Shown piece after piece: positions 38,920-49,957 of a stretch of DNA of 64,000 nt. This stretch comes from an uncultured Saprospiraceae bacterium (lineage in GTDB: Bacteria; Bacteroidota; Bacteroidia; Chitinophagales; Saprospiraceae), in contig CALBEE010000058.1 of the NCBI GenBank assembly GCA_937927575.1, positions 1,489 to 65,488 on the forward strand, read 5' to 3'. The translations under genes and the position numbers were made by a program. The notes under the pieces were generated by a model, which worked only from the letters and a program-made list of their open reading frames with translations, searched no databases and was not told the origin of the DNA. The first letter of the stretch is position 1. The number at the start of each line of letters is the position of its first letter.

Positions 38920-40626
38920 TTAGAAATTAGAAGTCATATTAAATCTAACTCCTGAAAAAGCAGGCTCTAATCTACAGACCCCTCCATTACACACTACACC
39001 TTCCACCTGCTTAACGTACCTTAAAGAAAATCTGTTGCCTTTATTGATATAAACGGCTCCTACGGTTGGATATAATATTTTCTTCTTTTCCCCATCTGCT
39101 TCGGTTGGTATTTCATCCTTCTTAGGGTTTGGTGCACTATTGTACATTCCACTTAACTCAAACAACCAATGCGGTGCTAATCCTACTTCTATTAATGCGA
39201 AAGCCCAACTTCCAAAATCTTGGTCTGTTGCCATAAATTGTGATTCGAGCCTAATAGATTTTTTTCTCGAAAATTTGTATAAAACATCCACGAAAGGAGT
39301 CACTGTTGTTACGGTAGGTACTGTTGGCTTTTGCTCATATACTTCCTGGTTATAGTTTTGCAGTTGGACTCCTCCTGTAATGGCCATCTTTCTCCCTCTT
39401 TTATATTGCACTTCTATGTACTCTTCGCTGTATAAATCTAGACCATCAAGTGTCTGTATGTTAGAGTAATTTACATTGGCACTCCAACTTTTATTGAATT
39501 TATAACTAGCATCAATCTGAAGTGCTTGCTCACTTAAAAGTTGAGTCGCCGGATTATACCTAGAAGTTAATCTATATGTATTAAGTCTATTCATGGGCGG
39601 CACAAAATTTACCAAACCGAAATTCAACCTCAGTGTTGGATCAGATCTAAAATCAAAGTTTTCTGTTCGTTTTGCTTCCACCGTTAGGCCTAATTTTCCA
39701 AGTGCAAATCCGAATGAATTATAAATTACACTTCCACTTTCTTTCACATATTTTCCAAATGTTGGATCTGCTCCATTGGGTCTTTGTCTTAACTCTTCAG
39801 GATTAAAAAATACTTCTGGCGACTTATATGCTGCTTCTACATACCAAGTAAATCCTTTATAAGTAAGGGTATTATAAAAAGTAGAAAGGAAGGTGTTATA
39901 TGAAGGTACTACGACATCTACCTTTTCGTAATTTTTAATAACATTTACTAGAGAGTTTACCGTCTCGTCATTATGTGTTCGGTTTACGATTCCAATACCA
40001 GGAGCAAACGTAATTGGACTATCCTCTTTACCAATAGCTTTATATCCTTCTAAGTAGGCACCTTTAACATTTCCTGGATTTACATCAAATAAAAATTTCT
40101 GTCTTCCTATAAATCCTTTGATATTCCAGTTTTCGCTCAGTTTGTATTTGACACTCCCCCCAAATAAGGCATTATCAAATAATTGTGGACGAATCTCATA
40201 CGCTTGATAGATAATACCGCTGCCTATCTGATCATAGAGGTAACCAGCTTCTATCTGTAGTTTGCCTGTAGTCCTTTTAATAAACCATCTTCCTATGCCT
40301 TGGTCTGTGTAAGATCCTGTTGGGTTCAGTAGGTTAGAGTTATTAAACATATCAAACCTGACACCCATATCATATCCTTTAATGCTATAATTAAGGTTAA
40401 GCCACATCTCACCACCTGTGAGCTGCTTATCATATTGGGGGATATTTGCAGCTCCTATGACAGAATCTCTTTGAAAGAAATTGAAATTCGTCTCTAGACT
40501 ACCTGACAAAACGCCTTGTTCAAAGACATTCTGGTCTTGCGAATAAGCTGAAAAGCCTATTAAAAGTATCGCCACGGATAGCAGTAAATTCTTCATTTTA
40601 TTGATTTGGTTAGTAGTTGTATTCAC
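38920..40626 (-). CDS. Hypothetical outer-membrane beta-barrel protein (DUF6029-like)
   Basis: Signal peptide. Beta-strand-rich sequence ending ...NMTSNF. Placed upstream of the Omp28-like gene, as I recall for DUF6029 family members. Confidence 0.4.
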   Translation of the reverse strand: MNTTTNQINKMKNLLLSVAILLIGFSAYSQDQNVFEQGVLSGSLETNFNFFQRDSVIGAANIPQYDKQLTGGEMWLNLNYSIKGYDMGVRFDMFNNSNLLNPTGSYTDQGIGRWFIKRTTGKLQIEAGYLYDQIGSGIIYQAYEIRPQLFDNALFGGSVKYKLSENWNIKGFIGRQKFLFDVNPGNVKGAYLEGYKAIGKEDSPITFAPGIGIVNRTHNDETVNSLVNVIKNYEKVDVVVPSYNTFLSTFYNTLTYKGFTWYVEAAYKSPEVFFNPEELRQRPNGADPTFGKYVKESGSVIYNSFGFALGKLGLTVEAKRTENFDFRSDPTLRLNFGLVNFVPPMNRLNTYRLTSRYNPATQLLSEQALQIDASYKFNKSWSANVNYSNIQTLDGLDLYSEEYIEVQYKRGRKMAITGGVQLQNYNQEVYEQKPTVPTVTTVTPFVDVLYKFSRKKSIRLESQFMATDQDFGSWAFALIEVGLAPHWLFELSGMYNSAPNPKKDEIPTEADGEKKKILYPTVGAVYINKGNRFSLRYVKQVEGVVCNGGVCRLEPAFSGVRFNMTSNF

Positions 40627-40787
40627 AATATCGTCTTTATTTAACAGTAATTTAAGCCCTCTACCTTATGAAGTAGGAACTTGCATTTATTAATATATCG
40701 TTATTGTGTTTGTATTGACATGAATAATAAAACTTTGTACTTATTATTGTAACTCAATAATATTGCAAACAAAACTAAAAAATAGAT

Positions 40788-41282
40788 ATGAAGCACTTAC
40801 TTCTAATACTAACAACTTTCGTATTAATGTCTGCTACTCTTACAGGCGACAAAAAAATGCCGAGTGCAGAACTTAAAACTCTCGAGGGAAAGACTGTAAA
40901 CATCCAGGATTACGTAGGCAAAGGGAAGCCCGTAGTAGTTAGTTTCTGGGCTACTTGGTGTTCTCCATGTAAAAAAGAATTAGATGCTATCGGAGAGATC
41001 TATCCTGATTGGGTAGACGAATATGGTGTGGAATTATTAGCTATAACTATAGATAATGCGAGAGGAATGGCTAAAGTACCTGGTATGGTTGGCTCTAAAG
41101 GCTGGGAATACACTGTTCTTTCAGACAGTAAGCAGACTTTGCAACAAGCGCTTAATTTCCAAACTATTCCACAAACATTCTTAGTAGACGGCGATGGATC
41201 TATTGTATATACCCACAATGGATACAATCCAGGAGATGAGTACGAGCTAGAAGATAAAATAAAAGCATTAGTGTCTAAATAA
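40788..41282 (+). CDS. TlpA/ResA-family thiol:disulfide oxidoreductase (thioredoxin fold)
   Basis: Signal peptide. Active site WATWCSPCKKE. Confidence 0.75.
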   Translation: MKHLLLILTTFVLMSATLTGDKKMPSAELKTLEGKTVNIQDYVGKGKPVVVSFWATWCSPCKKELDAIGEIYPDWVDEYGVELLAITIDNARGMAKVPGMVGSKGWEYTVLSDSKQTLQQALNFQTIPQTFLVDGDGSIVYTHNGYNPGDEYELEDKIKALVSK

Positions 41283-41305
41283 GACCCTATATCTAAATAC
41301 TATTA

Positions 41306-41344
41306 AAACTCCATATTGAGCAATCGGTATGGAGTTTTTTATTT
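41306..41344 (+). terminator. Rho-independent terminator after the tlpA-like gene
   Basis: Inverted repeat aaactccata / tatggagttt with a 12-nt loop, followed by a T-run (tttttatttgg). Confidence 0.6.
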
Positions 41345-41555
41345 GGATGTGAGTACTCTTGGTTTAGTCGTGCGCGCATATTTGACCATAGATGCATATA
41401 TATTATCAACATTTCTTAGCACACCTGATTTTGATTCAATCCTCAGTTAACACTATGTTAAACTGGAGTTCTTTATAATACCAACATTCCAATTTACCGT
41501 TTCTTATATCACGAATGTTTTCGTAGTTTAATAAAGATATAGTAAATAGAAATAG

Positions 41556-42722
41556 ATGAAACAGATAATAACTTTCACCCTAGCAGGAGTAATTGGTGGT
41601 TTGATGGTCTTAACTGGACTAAAACTCACCGAAACTCCGAGAATCATAGAATCAAATACACCAGCGCAAATTATACAAGCATCTAATGAGATAAGTAATG
41701 GACTTAATACGGATTTTGTGCGCGCTTCCGCTATAGCGACAGATGCAGTAGTACACATTGCTGCAGAAGAAAGTAAAAGCCTTGCAATGCAGAGGCATCA
41801 AGAAAGTAGAAGAAATAGAAGCAGATCCCCTTTTGAAAGATTCTTTGGTGCTGATGATTTCTATGGAAACAATTTCTATAGACCCAAAAGCGGATCTGGG
41901 TCTGGAGTAATCATATCTACTGATGGTTACATTGTAACGAATAATCACGTAGTAGGCTTTGCAGACGTAATCAGCGTTACCTTAAATGATGGAAGAGTAA
42001 TGAAAGCGACTAAAATCGGTACTGATCCATCTTCTGACCTAGCAGTAATTAAAATCGATGGGGTAAGCGAACAGTTTCCTAAGATTGAGTACGCTGATAG
42101 TGATCAAGCACAAGTTGGTGAATGGGTATTGGCAGTGGGAAGTCCATTCGGATACCTTAAATCAACAGTTACCGCAGGAATTATAAGTGCCATAGGTAGG
42201 GATCTCGATCTGATAGAAGGCGAAAAAACAATAGAAGAGTTTATCCAAACTGATGCCGCAGTAAATCCAGGAAATAGTGGTGGGGCCTTGGTCAATGCCT
42301 CTGGAAAATTGGTGGGAATTAACTCTGCGATTGCAACACCTACGGGTACATACGCAGGATACTCTTTTGCCATTCCTTCCAATTTGGCTAAGGTGATTAT
42401 TAAGGATATAATAGAAAATGGGGACATAGAGCGCGTAAATCTTGGAATTGAAGGATATGATGTAAAAGACGTAAAAGAAGATTTTAACCTATCTGAAAGC
42501 AACGGATTCTATGTTGACGATGTCTATAGAGGGAGCGCCGCTCAGTTTGGAGGAATTTTGCCTGGTGACATCATAAAAAAAATAGATGATCAACAAACTG
42601 ATGAACTAGAAGACATTAAACGTGTTATGAAGTTTAATAAAGTGGGCGACGTAGTGAAAATAGATGTGATTCGAAATGGAGCCAAGAAGACAATTAAGAT
42701 AAAATTAAGAAAGTCTATGTAA
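41556..42722 (+). CDS. htrA: HtrA/DegP-family trypsin-like serine protease with PDZ domain
   Basis: N-terminal TM. Catalytic triad context (TNNHVV, D, GNSGGAL). C-terminal PDZ (GILPGDIIKKID). Confidence 0.75.
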   Translation: MKQIITFTLAGVIGGLMVLTGLKLTETPRIIESNTPAQIIQASNEISNGLNTDFVRASAIATDAVVHIAAEESKSLAMQRHQESRRNRSRSPFERFFGADDFYGNNFYRPKSGSGSGVIISTDGYIVTNNHVVGFADVISVTLNDGRVMKATKIGTDPSSDLAVIKIDGVSEQFPKIEYADSDQAQVGEWVLAVGSPFGYLKSTVTAGIISAIGRDLDLIEGEKTIEEFIQTDAAVNPGNSGGALVNASGKLVGINSAIATPTGTYAGYSFAIPSNLAKVIIKDIIENGDIERVNLGIEGYDVKDVKEDFNLSESNGFYVDDVYRGSAAQFGGILPGDIIKKIDDQQTDELEDIKRVMKFNKVGDVVKIDVIRNGAKKTIKIKLRKSM

Positions 42723-42809
42723 CAATATATTACCAACAGAAGTTATATAGTCAAAGAAAACCGAAAGGTAATCTAAAGATAAAAGTTGGTTTTTCGTTTT
42801 GTTTTGATG

Positions 42810-42843
42810 CGCCTGCTCTACCCAAGAGCAGGCGTTATTTTTT
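42810..42843 (+). terminator. Rho-independent terminator after htrA
   Basis: 10-bp perfect stem cgcctgctct / agagcaggcg, loop accca, followed by ttattttttg. Confidence 0.7.
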
Positions 42844-42908
42844 GAATAGTTTCTCATCCATTCAAGATCAAGAAAAATAAAAGGATCCAAATTATTTAAA
42901 GCGTATTA

Positions 42909-43967
42909 CTATACCCTCTTTTTAAGTATGACACTAGCTCTGATAGGATAATGATCAGAATATCCATTTTTTATTAAGTTATAATCCAAAATATCAAAGG
43001 CATCATCGGTCATTATATAGTCAATTCTCAAAAAAGGAATTCGACCACCATATGTACTTGAAATCCCTAACCCCTTTTCACAAAATGCATCAGACATAGA
43101 TTCGCTTAAAGTACTATAAGTAAATGAACTTGGAGGGTCATTGAAATCTCCAGTCAAAATAACTGGATGCGGAGATTTAATCATGTGTGCTTTGACCTTT
43201 TTGGCTTGTTCACTTCTCTTAACATTTGCATTTTTATATTTCCCTAATATGCCTCCAATTCCAGACCATGTTTCTTTTTCATTCAGATTTACATTATCCA
43301 AAACTTCTACTGCATCTTTCGAAATATTATTAGAATATAAATGAACGCTATACACTCTTATCGTATCTGCAGGAAGAATAATATCAGCCCATACACAAGA
43401 ATTGGTATTGGTACCAAAGTCTATTTGTCCTTGATCACCCAAAGGAAATTTACTCCATAATGTTGCACCCTTCTTTTCCAGTTTGTGCTTATAAATATCT
43501 CTGAATCCTTTAGCAATTATCTCTCTACCAAAAAACCCAGTTTCCTGTGTACAAAGAACATCAACATCATTATGCTTCTTTAAAAAATTTACAAACTCTG
43601 CAGATCTTTTGGTTCTTTTTTGTTTGTCTCTCGAATAGGCCCAGCCAGCATTTTGAATGTTATAGCTCATCACATTAATGACATGAGGAGAGCTATTAGT
43701 AGAAGTAGAATTAAACGTCGCAAAACTCATTAGATAGTTCCACCCTACAAATATACTAAGTAGACTAAGCCAACTTTTACTTGGTTTAGTAATCAACCAA
43801 TAAATAAGAAATATGACATTAATTGTGAGAAAGACTGGATAGAATAATCCAAAAAAAGACAATGGCCAAAATTTAATAGGATCAATAATAGGAGAAATAT
43901 AAGATAGCAATAAAGCTATAGTTATGATTATATTTAGATACCACAATATTTTTCCGAACAACTTCAC
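42909..43967 (-). CDS. Endonuclease/exonuclease/phosphatase (EEP) family membrane protein
   Basis: Three N-terminal TM helices. EEP motifs (VMSYNIQN, LCTQE, GDFNDPP, SDHYPI). Confidence 0.65.
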   Translation of the reverse strand: MKLFGKILWYLNIIITIALLLSYISPIIDPIKFWPLSFFGLFYPVFLTINVIFLIYWLITKPSKSWLSLLSIFVGWNYLMSFATFNSTSTNSSPHVINVMSYNIQNAGWAYSRDKQKRTKRSAEFVNFLKKHNDVDVLCTQETGFFGREIIAKGFRDIYKHKLEKKGATLWSKFPLGDQGQIDFGTNTNSCVWADIILPADTIRVYSVHLYSNNISKDAVEVLDNVNLNEKETWSGIGGILGKYKNANVKRSEQAKKVKAHMIKSPHPVILTGDFNDPPSSFTYSTLSESMSDAFCEKGLGISSTYGGRIPFLRIDYIMTDDAFDILDYNLIKNGYSDHYPIRASVILKKRV

Positions 43968-43977
43968 CTACAAATAA

Positions 43978-44865
43978 TTATTTCTTACTCGCTTTAAATA
44001 AAATTTCTTTCTCTTCATCGGTGAGACTATCATAGCCCTTTACTTTTATCTTGTCTAGTATAGCATCTACTTGATTTTGAAGATCACCGTTTGATTCTCT
44101 TCGTTTCTTTTTAACTTCCGTTTTTCTTGTAGCCACATGGCTCACTTTTAAAGCGGATTTTTTTCTAGGTGCGGTACCATTCATACGCTCAGATACCCAA
44201 GCTATAGTATCTTGCATTGGCTCTGTAACATCTGATCCATTTCTGAGCTTCCATACATAAAAAAATCCGAAAGCTAATCCACCCAAATGACCCCAAGCGC
44301 CACCTACATTAGAATTTCCTTGAGTACCCAAAATGTTGATAAAAATAACCGCAGCAGCAATCCACTTAATTTTCACATCTCCTAAAAATAATAATCTAAC
44401 TGTATAGTCTGGTGATGTCGCCGCAGCTGCAGCTACAATACAAAGAACTGCAGCCGAAGCACCGTGCGCATTTCCAGGTCCTACATTAGAGCTAAAATAG
44501 GAAGCCAAAAAATAAACTACTGCTCCTGCAAATCCACCCAAAAGATACAGCGGTAAGACTCTTCTATCATTCAATAAATCTCCCACTATCCTTCCAAACC
44601 AATATAATATCAACATGTTAAAAGCCATGTGCCAAAGCCCAACATGTGAAAACATATGGGTAATAATTGTCCATGGTCTTGTCAATAATTGCAATGGACT
44701 AGAAGGAAAATAAACCCAATTGCTAAATGAGTTATACAAGTCTGGTGCAAATGCATTAAATAAAGCCAAAAACATAAAAACACCCACATTAATTAAAATG
44801 ATGCGTGTAATCATATTTCCTGACCGGAAGTTGTGTTTTATATCGTCTATTATAGAAGTCATCAT
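43978..44865 (-). CDS. Rhomboid family intramembrane serine protease (with C-terminal cytoplasmic extension)
   Basis: Rhomboid motifs GASAAV (Ser) and AHLGG (His) within a six-TM core. Basic C-terminal tail. Confidence 0.7.
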   Translation of the reverse strand: MMTSIIDDIKHNFRSGNMITRIILINVGVFMFLALFNAFAPDLYNSFSNWVYFPSSPLQLLTRPWTIITHMFSHVGLWHMAFNMLILYWFGRIVGDLLNDRRVLPLYLLGGFAGAVVYFLASYFSSNVGPGNAHGASAAVLCIVAAAAATSPDYTVRLLFLGDVKIKWIAAAVIFINILGTQGNSNVGGAWGHLGGLAFGFFYVWKLRNGSDVTEPMQDTIAWVSERMNGTAPRKKSALKVSHVATRKTEVKKKRRESNGDLQNQVDAILDKIKVKGYDSLTDEEKEILFKASKK

Positions 44866-44875
44866 AAGCGTCCGT

Positions 44876-45580
44876 CTATCTTAAGCTTTGCATTTTCCAA
44901 ATAAATTTTATCATAATAAATCCAACTATCGCCCCACCTAAATGACCCCAATGTGCAATACCTTGTTGAAATCCTGTTACTCCAGAAAAAAGACCTAAAG
45001 CAATCAACCCTATAGCTAAAAATTTTGCCTTAATCGGAATCGGTGGAATAAGTAGCATCAATTTCATATTGGGAAACAATGTTGCAAAAGCAATCAGTAC
45101 CCCATATACTGCCCCAGAGGCACCTAAGATACTCCCATTAAGTACATAATTTAGTTCTCCTAATTCACCTCTATAATTTCTTCCACTATTGAGAATGGCT
45201 AATCCTTCGCTAGTCACAGTGCTAATTTCTACAGGATCTAAACCTGTTGCGATTGCTTGATATTCAAACCATTTGATTCCCATATGTAAAATAACAGCAC
45301 CAAAACCACTCAAAAAATACAATTGTAAAAATCTCTTAGCGCCCAGTACTTGTTCGACTAGTGGTCCTAAAAAAAATAAAGTCATCATGTTAAATAATAA
45401 GTGCTGAAAATCAGCATGCATAAACATGTTACTAATTATTTGATAAGGTTTAAAATTTTCCGACAAAGGAAAAAACATGTTCCCCATACTTTTTATGCTG
45501 TCAGGCAAAGCCATTGTGCCCACAAATACTATCACATTGATGATTAGTAAATTTTTAACGACGTCTGTTAATCTTCCCAT
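44876..45580 (-). CDS. Rhomboid family intramembrane serine protease
   Basis: GASGAVYG (Ser) and AHWGHLGGA (His) motifs. Confidence 0.7.
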   Translation of the reverse strand: MGRLTDVVKNLLIINVIVFVGTMALPDSIKSMGNMFFPLSENFKPYQIISNMFMHADFQHLLFNMMTLFFLGPLVEQVLGAKRFLQLYFLSGFGAVILHMGIKWFEYQAIATGLDPVEISTVTSEGLAILNSGRNYRGELGELNYVLNGSILGASGAVYGVLIAFATLFPNMKLMLLIPPIPIKAKFLAIGLIALGLFSGVTGFQQGIAHWGHLGGAIVGFIMIKFIWKMQSLR

Positions 45581-45581
45581 A

Positions 45582-47399
45582 TTAAGATGTAAAACGTTTT
45601 AATAAGTCATCTAATTCCATTGTGATAAAACATTTTCTTCCATTCGGACTTTTGTAAGGAACCGTACAAGCAAATAACTGATCTATCAATTCGTGCATTT
45701 CATCCGTCGAAAGAGCATTACCACGTTTAATACAAGCCGCATTGGCCATAGATCTTGCTAAATTTCGATCAATGCCTAGTTGTAATTCCATATTAGAATG
45801 ATATTGCTGCAAAAGTGTATCTAATAGTTTTTCTGGAGATTGCTTATTGAGACCCACAGGTAATCCATGTATAATAAAACTATTCTTACCAAAGTGTTCA
45901 ATCTCAAAACCTATTGCATTCACCTTATGCAATATGTCTTGTAATAAAGCGGCATCTCCAGGAGTCAAATCAACAGAAATCGGAAAAAGTTGTTTTTGAG
46001 ACATCCCTACATGTTGATTTAATTGATCGAGATATCCCTCATACAATATACGCTCATGAGCAGCCTGTTGATCGATTAATAGAAAACCAGACTTGATCTG
46101 ATTGACGATGTAAGTATTGTGCAATTGATAAGGTTCCTTTCGACTTTTACTTTCGATTTTTATAGGCTGATCATCATCCTGCGACATAAGATTACTTTCC
46201 ACAGTAATCGCTTGATCTTGGTTAGCGCCTGCTTGAAGATCTTTATATAAATCTTCCCAAGAATTAATATTATCCTTTTGTCGCTGAGTAAGTTTTGGTC
46301 CTGGTGATATTCCTCCACTTTGTTCGCGTTCTACTCCATCACTTCTCATATCATGAGTCATGCGCGTCGAGAAGTTAGAGTCCATTCCAAAATCGAGAGT
46401 AGGTGTGACCGTATAAGCACCCAATGCATGTTTGACAGATACTTTTACAAAATTATAGATCAATCTTTCTTCTTCAAATTTTATCTCAGTCTTAGTAGGG
46501 TGAACATTAATATCTATCATCGACGGGGATAGCTCTAAAAATATTACATAGAATGCATAGTTGTCTTTTGGAATCAATTCATCATAGGCCAATCGAATAG
46601 CATGATTTAGATAATTACTCTTTATAAATCTTTTATTGACAAAAATATATTGATCGCCTTTCTTCTTTTTAGCCGCTTCTGGTTTAGATATAAATCCTGA
46701 CAACTTCAGAATATCGGTATCTTCACTTACTGGAACTAATTTATCGTTAATGGTCTTACCAAATACTCCAACAATTCTTTGGCGCAAGTTTGCCGGTGGT
46801 AAATGATATACTTCATTACCATTATGGTAAAGCGTGAAGAAAATTTCTGGATGAGCTAGCGCTAACCTATTGAATTGATCAATGATATGTCGCAATTCTA
46901 CGGGATCCGACTTTAAAAACTTACGTCGAGCAGGAACATTATAAAATAGATTCTTTACAGAGAAACTAGTACCAACATGTGTCTCGATAGGTTCCTGCTT
47001 TTTTACCTTAGATCCTTCTATTAGGATCCGTGTCCCTAACTCATCTTCGGCAGGTTTAGTCAGCATTTCTACTTTGGCAATCGCGGCTATAGAAGCCAAT
47101 GCTTCTCCACGAAAACCCATAGAACTAATACTAAAAAGATCATTGGCCTCACGAATTTTGGAAGTGGCATGTCTCTCAAAGCTCATTCTAGCATCAGTTG
47201 CTGACATACCTTTTCCATTATCCAGGACTTGAATTAAAGTCTTGCCTGCATCTTTTATTATTAACTTAATCTCTTTACTTCCTGCGTCTAAGGCATTTTC
47301 CATTAGCTCTTTCACTACAGAAGCCGGCCGTTGGATTACTTCTCCTGCGGCGATTTGGTTTGCAATAGAGTCTGGAAGGAGCTGAATGATATCAGCCAT
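45582..47399 (-). CDS. mutL: DNA mismatch repair protein MutL
   Basis: N-terminal GHKL ATPase motifs (IAAGEVIQRPASVVKELMENALDA, DNGKGM, GFRGEAL). C-terminal dimerisation domain. Confidence 0.85.
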   Translation of the reverse strand: MADIIQLLPDSIANQIAAGEVIQRPASVVKELMENALDAGSKEIKLIIKDAGKTLIQVLDNGKGMSATDARMSFERHATSKIREANDLFSISSMGFRGEALASIAAIAKVEMLTKPAEDELGTRILIEGSKVKKQEPIETHVGTSFSVKNLFYNVPARRKFLKSDPVELRHIIDQFNRLALAHPEIFFTLYHNGNEVYHLPPANLRQRIVGVFGKTINDKLVPVSEDTDILKLSGFISKPEAAKKKKGDQYIFVNKRFIKSNYLNHAIRLAYDELIPKDNYAFYVIFLELSPSMIDINVHPTKTEIKFEEERLIYNFVKVSVKHALGAYTVTPTLDFGMDSNFSTRMTHDMRSDGVEREQSGGISPGPKLTQRQKDNINSWEDLYKDLQAGANQDQAITVESNLMSQDDDQPIKIESKSRKEPYQLHNTYIVNQIKSGFLLIDQQAAHERILYEGYLDQLNQHVGMSQKQLFPISVDLTPGDAALLQDILHKVNAIGFEIEHFGKNSFIIHGLPVGLNKQSPEKLLDTLLQQYHSNMELQLGIDRNLARSMANAACIKRGNALSTDEMHELIDQLFACTVPYKSPNGRKCFITMELDDLLKRFTS

Positions 47400-47667
47400 A
47401 AGTATCTTTTATTAGAATATGATAATAAATGGAACGCAAGATACATTAGCTATTATTGAAATGCTAGGATATTCGTCGAAGGTATTCGACATTGTATCCA
47501 CAATATATCCATGACACTTTATCCTTAGTGCTTCATGTAGGTTTTGACATGATTCTATAAAAAAATAAGACGGAAGAAGAGGTCATTATATATTACATTA
47601 AATTATTTCCCATATAATATTCTGACATACATAAAATAAGGCTAATTTCGCAGATTAATTTATCCAT

Positions 47668-49818
47668 ATGCATTATCCAGAACGTTACCTAGTTACCGCA
47701 GCACTTCCCTACGCTAATGGTCCATTACACATAGGCCATTTAGCCGGTGCTTATATTCCAGCTGATATTTACGTAAGATTCCAAAGGATGATGGGAAAGG
47801 ATATCGCTTATATATGCGGATCTGACGAAAACGGTGCTGCTATTACCCTCAGAGCCTTAAAAGATGGTAAAAAACCTCAAGAAATAGTGGATGAATATGA
47901 CTCCATTTTCCGGAAGTCGTTTGAAGAGATGGGCGTTTCTTTCGACATGTTCCATAGAACTTCAGCTCCACTTCACCATGAAACAGCACAAGAGTTTTTT
48001 AAAACCCTTTATGAGAAAGGAGAATTTAAAGAAGAAACCTCTGAACAATACTACGATCAAGAAGCCAATCAATTCTTAGCGGATAGATATATTAAAGGTG
48101 AATGCCCTAAATGTGGTCATGACGCCGCTTATGGTGACCAATGCGAAAACTGTGGATCAACACTTAGTCCAACAGAACTCATTAATCCTACTTCAACAAT
48201 TACAGGATCTCAACCCGTTTTAAAAACCACTAAACATTGGTACTTACCTTTAGATAAGTATGAAGGCTGGCTAAGAGAATGGATAACGGAGGGTACTTTA
48301 GATGGCAATCAACTACATGATCCTGAAAAATGGAAAAATCATGTTCTCGGACAATGTAAATCTTGGTTAGATGGTGGGCTACATCCGAGGTCCATGACTA
48401 GAGATTTAGATTGGGGTGTAGATGTCCCTCAAGATATTGAAGGCTCAGAAGGTAAAAAATTGTATGTCTGGATGGATGCACCCATAGGATATATCTCCGC
48501 CACAAAAGAGTGGGCCAAAAACAACAATAAAAACTGGGAAGACTATTGGAAGGATGATAAAACTGAATTGATTCATTTCATCGGTAAGGATAATATTGTT
48601 TTCCATTGTTTAATTTTCCCTTCTATTCTTCATGCGCATGGCGGATACATTCTACCTAAAAATGTTCCTGCCAATCAATTTATGAATTTAGAAGGAGACA
48701 AAATATCTACTTCTAGAAATTGGGCGGTTTGGGTACACGAATATCTTGAAGACTTTAAAGGTCAACAAGATGAATTGAGATATTATCTCACCAAGAACAT
48801 GCCTGAACTAAAAGATAGTGAATTTACTTGGTCAGGTTTCCAAGAAATGAATAATAATGAATTAGTAAATAATCTAGCCAATTTTGTTAATCGAGTAATT
48901 GTGCTTACTAATAAGTACTATGATGGTATAGTCCCAGAGTTTGATCAAGATTTGATGATTATAGGACCAGAAGGTGAATCAGAAACAGCTTTCCACGATA
49001 GTGAAATTCTAAGATTATTTGATGATGTTCATGTACTCTGTCAGCATATTCGAGATTATGATTTTAGAGCAGCTCTTGGGCAACTGATGCTAATCTCCTC
49101 TAAAGGAAATCAAATTTTGCAATTTAATGAGCCTTGGAAATTACAAAAAACAGATCCAGAAACGGTTAAGGTAGTAATGAATTTAGCGCTTCATTATGTA
49201 ACCGTTTTGAGTACAGTAATGCGGCCATTTTTACCATTCACATCCGACAAGCTCCAAAAGATGTTGAATCTTGAGGCCATACAAGAAAAGGATGAATTGC
49301 TTAGCATGTTAGATTTACTTGCAGCAGGAGAACCACTACTAAATGCGGGTCATAAAATAAATGAACCTATCCACCTTTTCAGTAGAATAGATGATAAAGT
49401 AATTGCTGAACAAAAAGCAAAATTGGTTAAACCAACAGAAGAAAAAATAGAACCTACTGCTCCTATTACAAAGAATGCAGAGCCGATGAAAGATGAAATT
49501 GCTTTTGATGATTTTATGAAATTAGATATTCGCACCGCGACTATTCTTACTGCAGAAAAAGTTAAAAAAGCAGACCGGCTACTAAAGTTAGAATTGGACT
49601 TAGGTTTTGAAAAAAGAACTGTAGTTTCTGGTATTGCTGAACATTATACTCCTAAAGAAGTAGTGGGAAAACGTGTTTCAATTTTAGCCAACCTTGCACC
49701 CAGAAAAATTAGAGGGGTCGAGTCTAAAGGAATGATTCTAATGGCAGAAGATGCAACAGGAAAGTTAAGTTTTGTAAGTCCAGAAGATGGTTGGCAAAAT
49801 GGTGCTACAGTTAGATAA
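47668..49818 (+). CDS. metG: Methionine--tRNA ligase
   Basis: HIGH motif (PLHIGHLAG). Zn knuckle CPKCGH...CENCG. KMSKS-like KISTSR. C-terminal EMAP/tRNA-binding domain. Confidence 0.9.
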   Translation: MHYPERYLVTAALPYANGPLHIGHLAGAYIPADIYVRFQRMMGKDIAYICGSDENGAAITLRALKDGKKPQEIVDEYDSIFRKSFEEMGVSFDMFHRTSAPLHHETAQEFFKTLYEKGEFKEETSEQYYDQEANQFLADRYIKGECPKCGHDAAYGDQCENCGSTLSPTELINPTSTITGSQPVLKTTKHWYLPLDKYEGWLREWITEGTLDGNQLHDPEKWKNHVLGQCKSWLDGGLHPRSMTRDLDWGVDVPQDIEGSEGKKLYVWMDAPIGYISATKEWAKNNNKNWEDYWKDDKTELIHFIGKDNIVFHCLIFPSILHAHGGYILPKNVPANQFMNLEGDKISTSRNWAVWVHEYLEDFKGQQDELRYYLTKNMPELKDSEFTWSGFQEMNNNELVNNLANFVNRVIVLTNKYYDGIVPEFDQDLMIIGPEGESETAFHDSEILRLFDDVHVLCQHIRDYDFRAALGQLMLISSKGNQILQFNEPWKLQKTDPETVKVVMNLALHYVTVLSTVMRPFLPFTSDKLQKMLNLEAIQEKDELLSMLDLLAAGEPLLNAGHKINEPIHLFSRIDDKVIAEQKAKLVKPTEEKIEPTAPITKNAEPMKDEIAFDDFMKLDIRTATILTAEKVKKADRLLKLELDLGFEKRTVVSGIAEHYTPKEVVGKRVSILANLAPRKIRGVESKGMILMAEDATGKLSFVSPEDGWQNGATVR

Positions 49819-49957
49819 TTTTTATAAAATAATTTTCACAGAATAGTTCCTCTTTTTATAAGTCTTTATAATTACTTAGTATCAATTGAATAACTCTATT
49901 TAAATTTATCAATTGATTACTTAGATCAACTTCTAAACAAAAAATTAAGAGAAGTCT

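Noticed and set aside
47400-47667. Leader or riboswitch (T-box-like) upstream of metG
   Set aside because: The 268-bp leader shows no specifier-loop or T-box conserved sequence. Bacteroidota generally lack T-box regulation.
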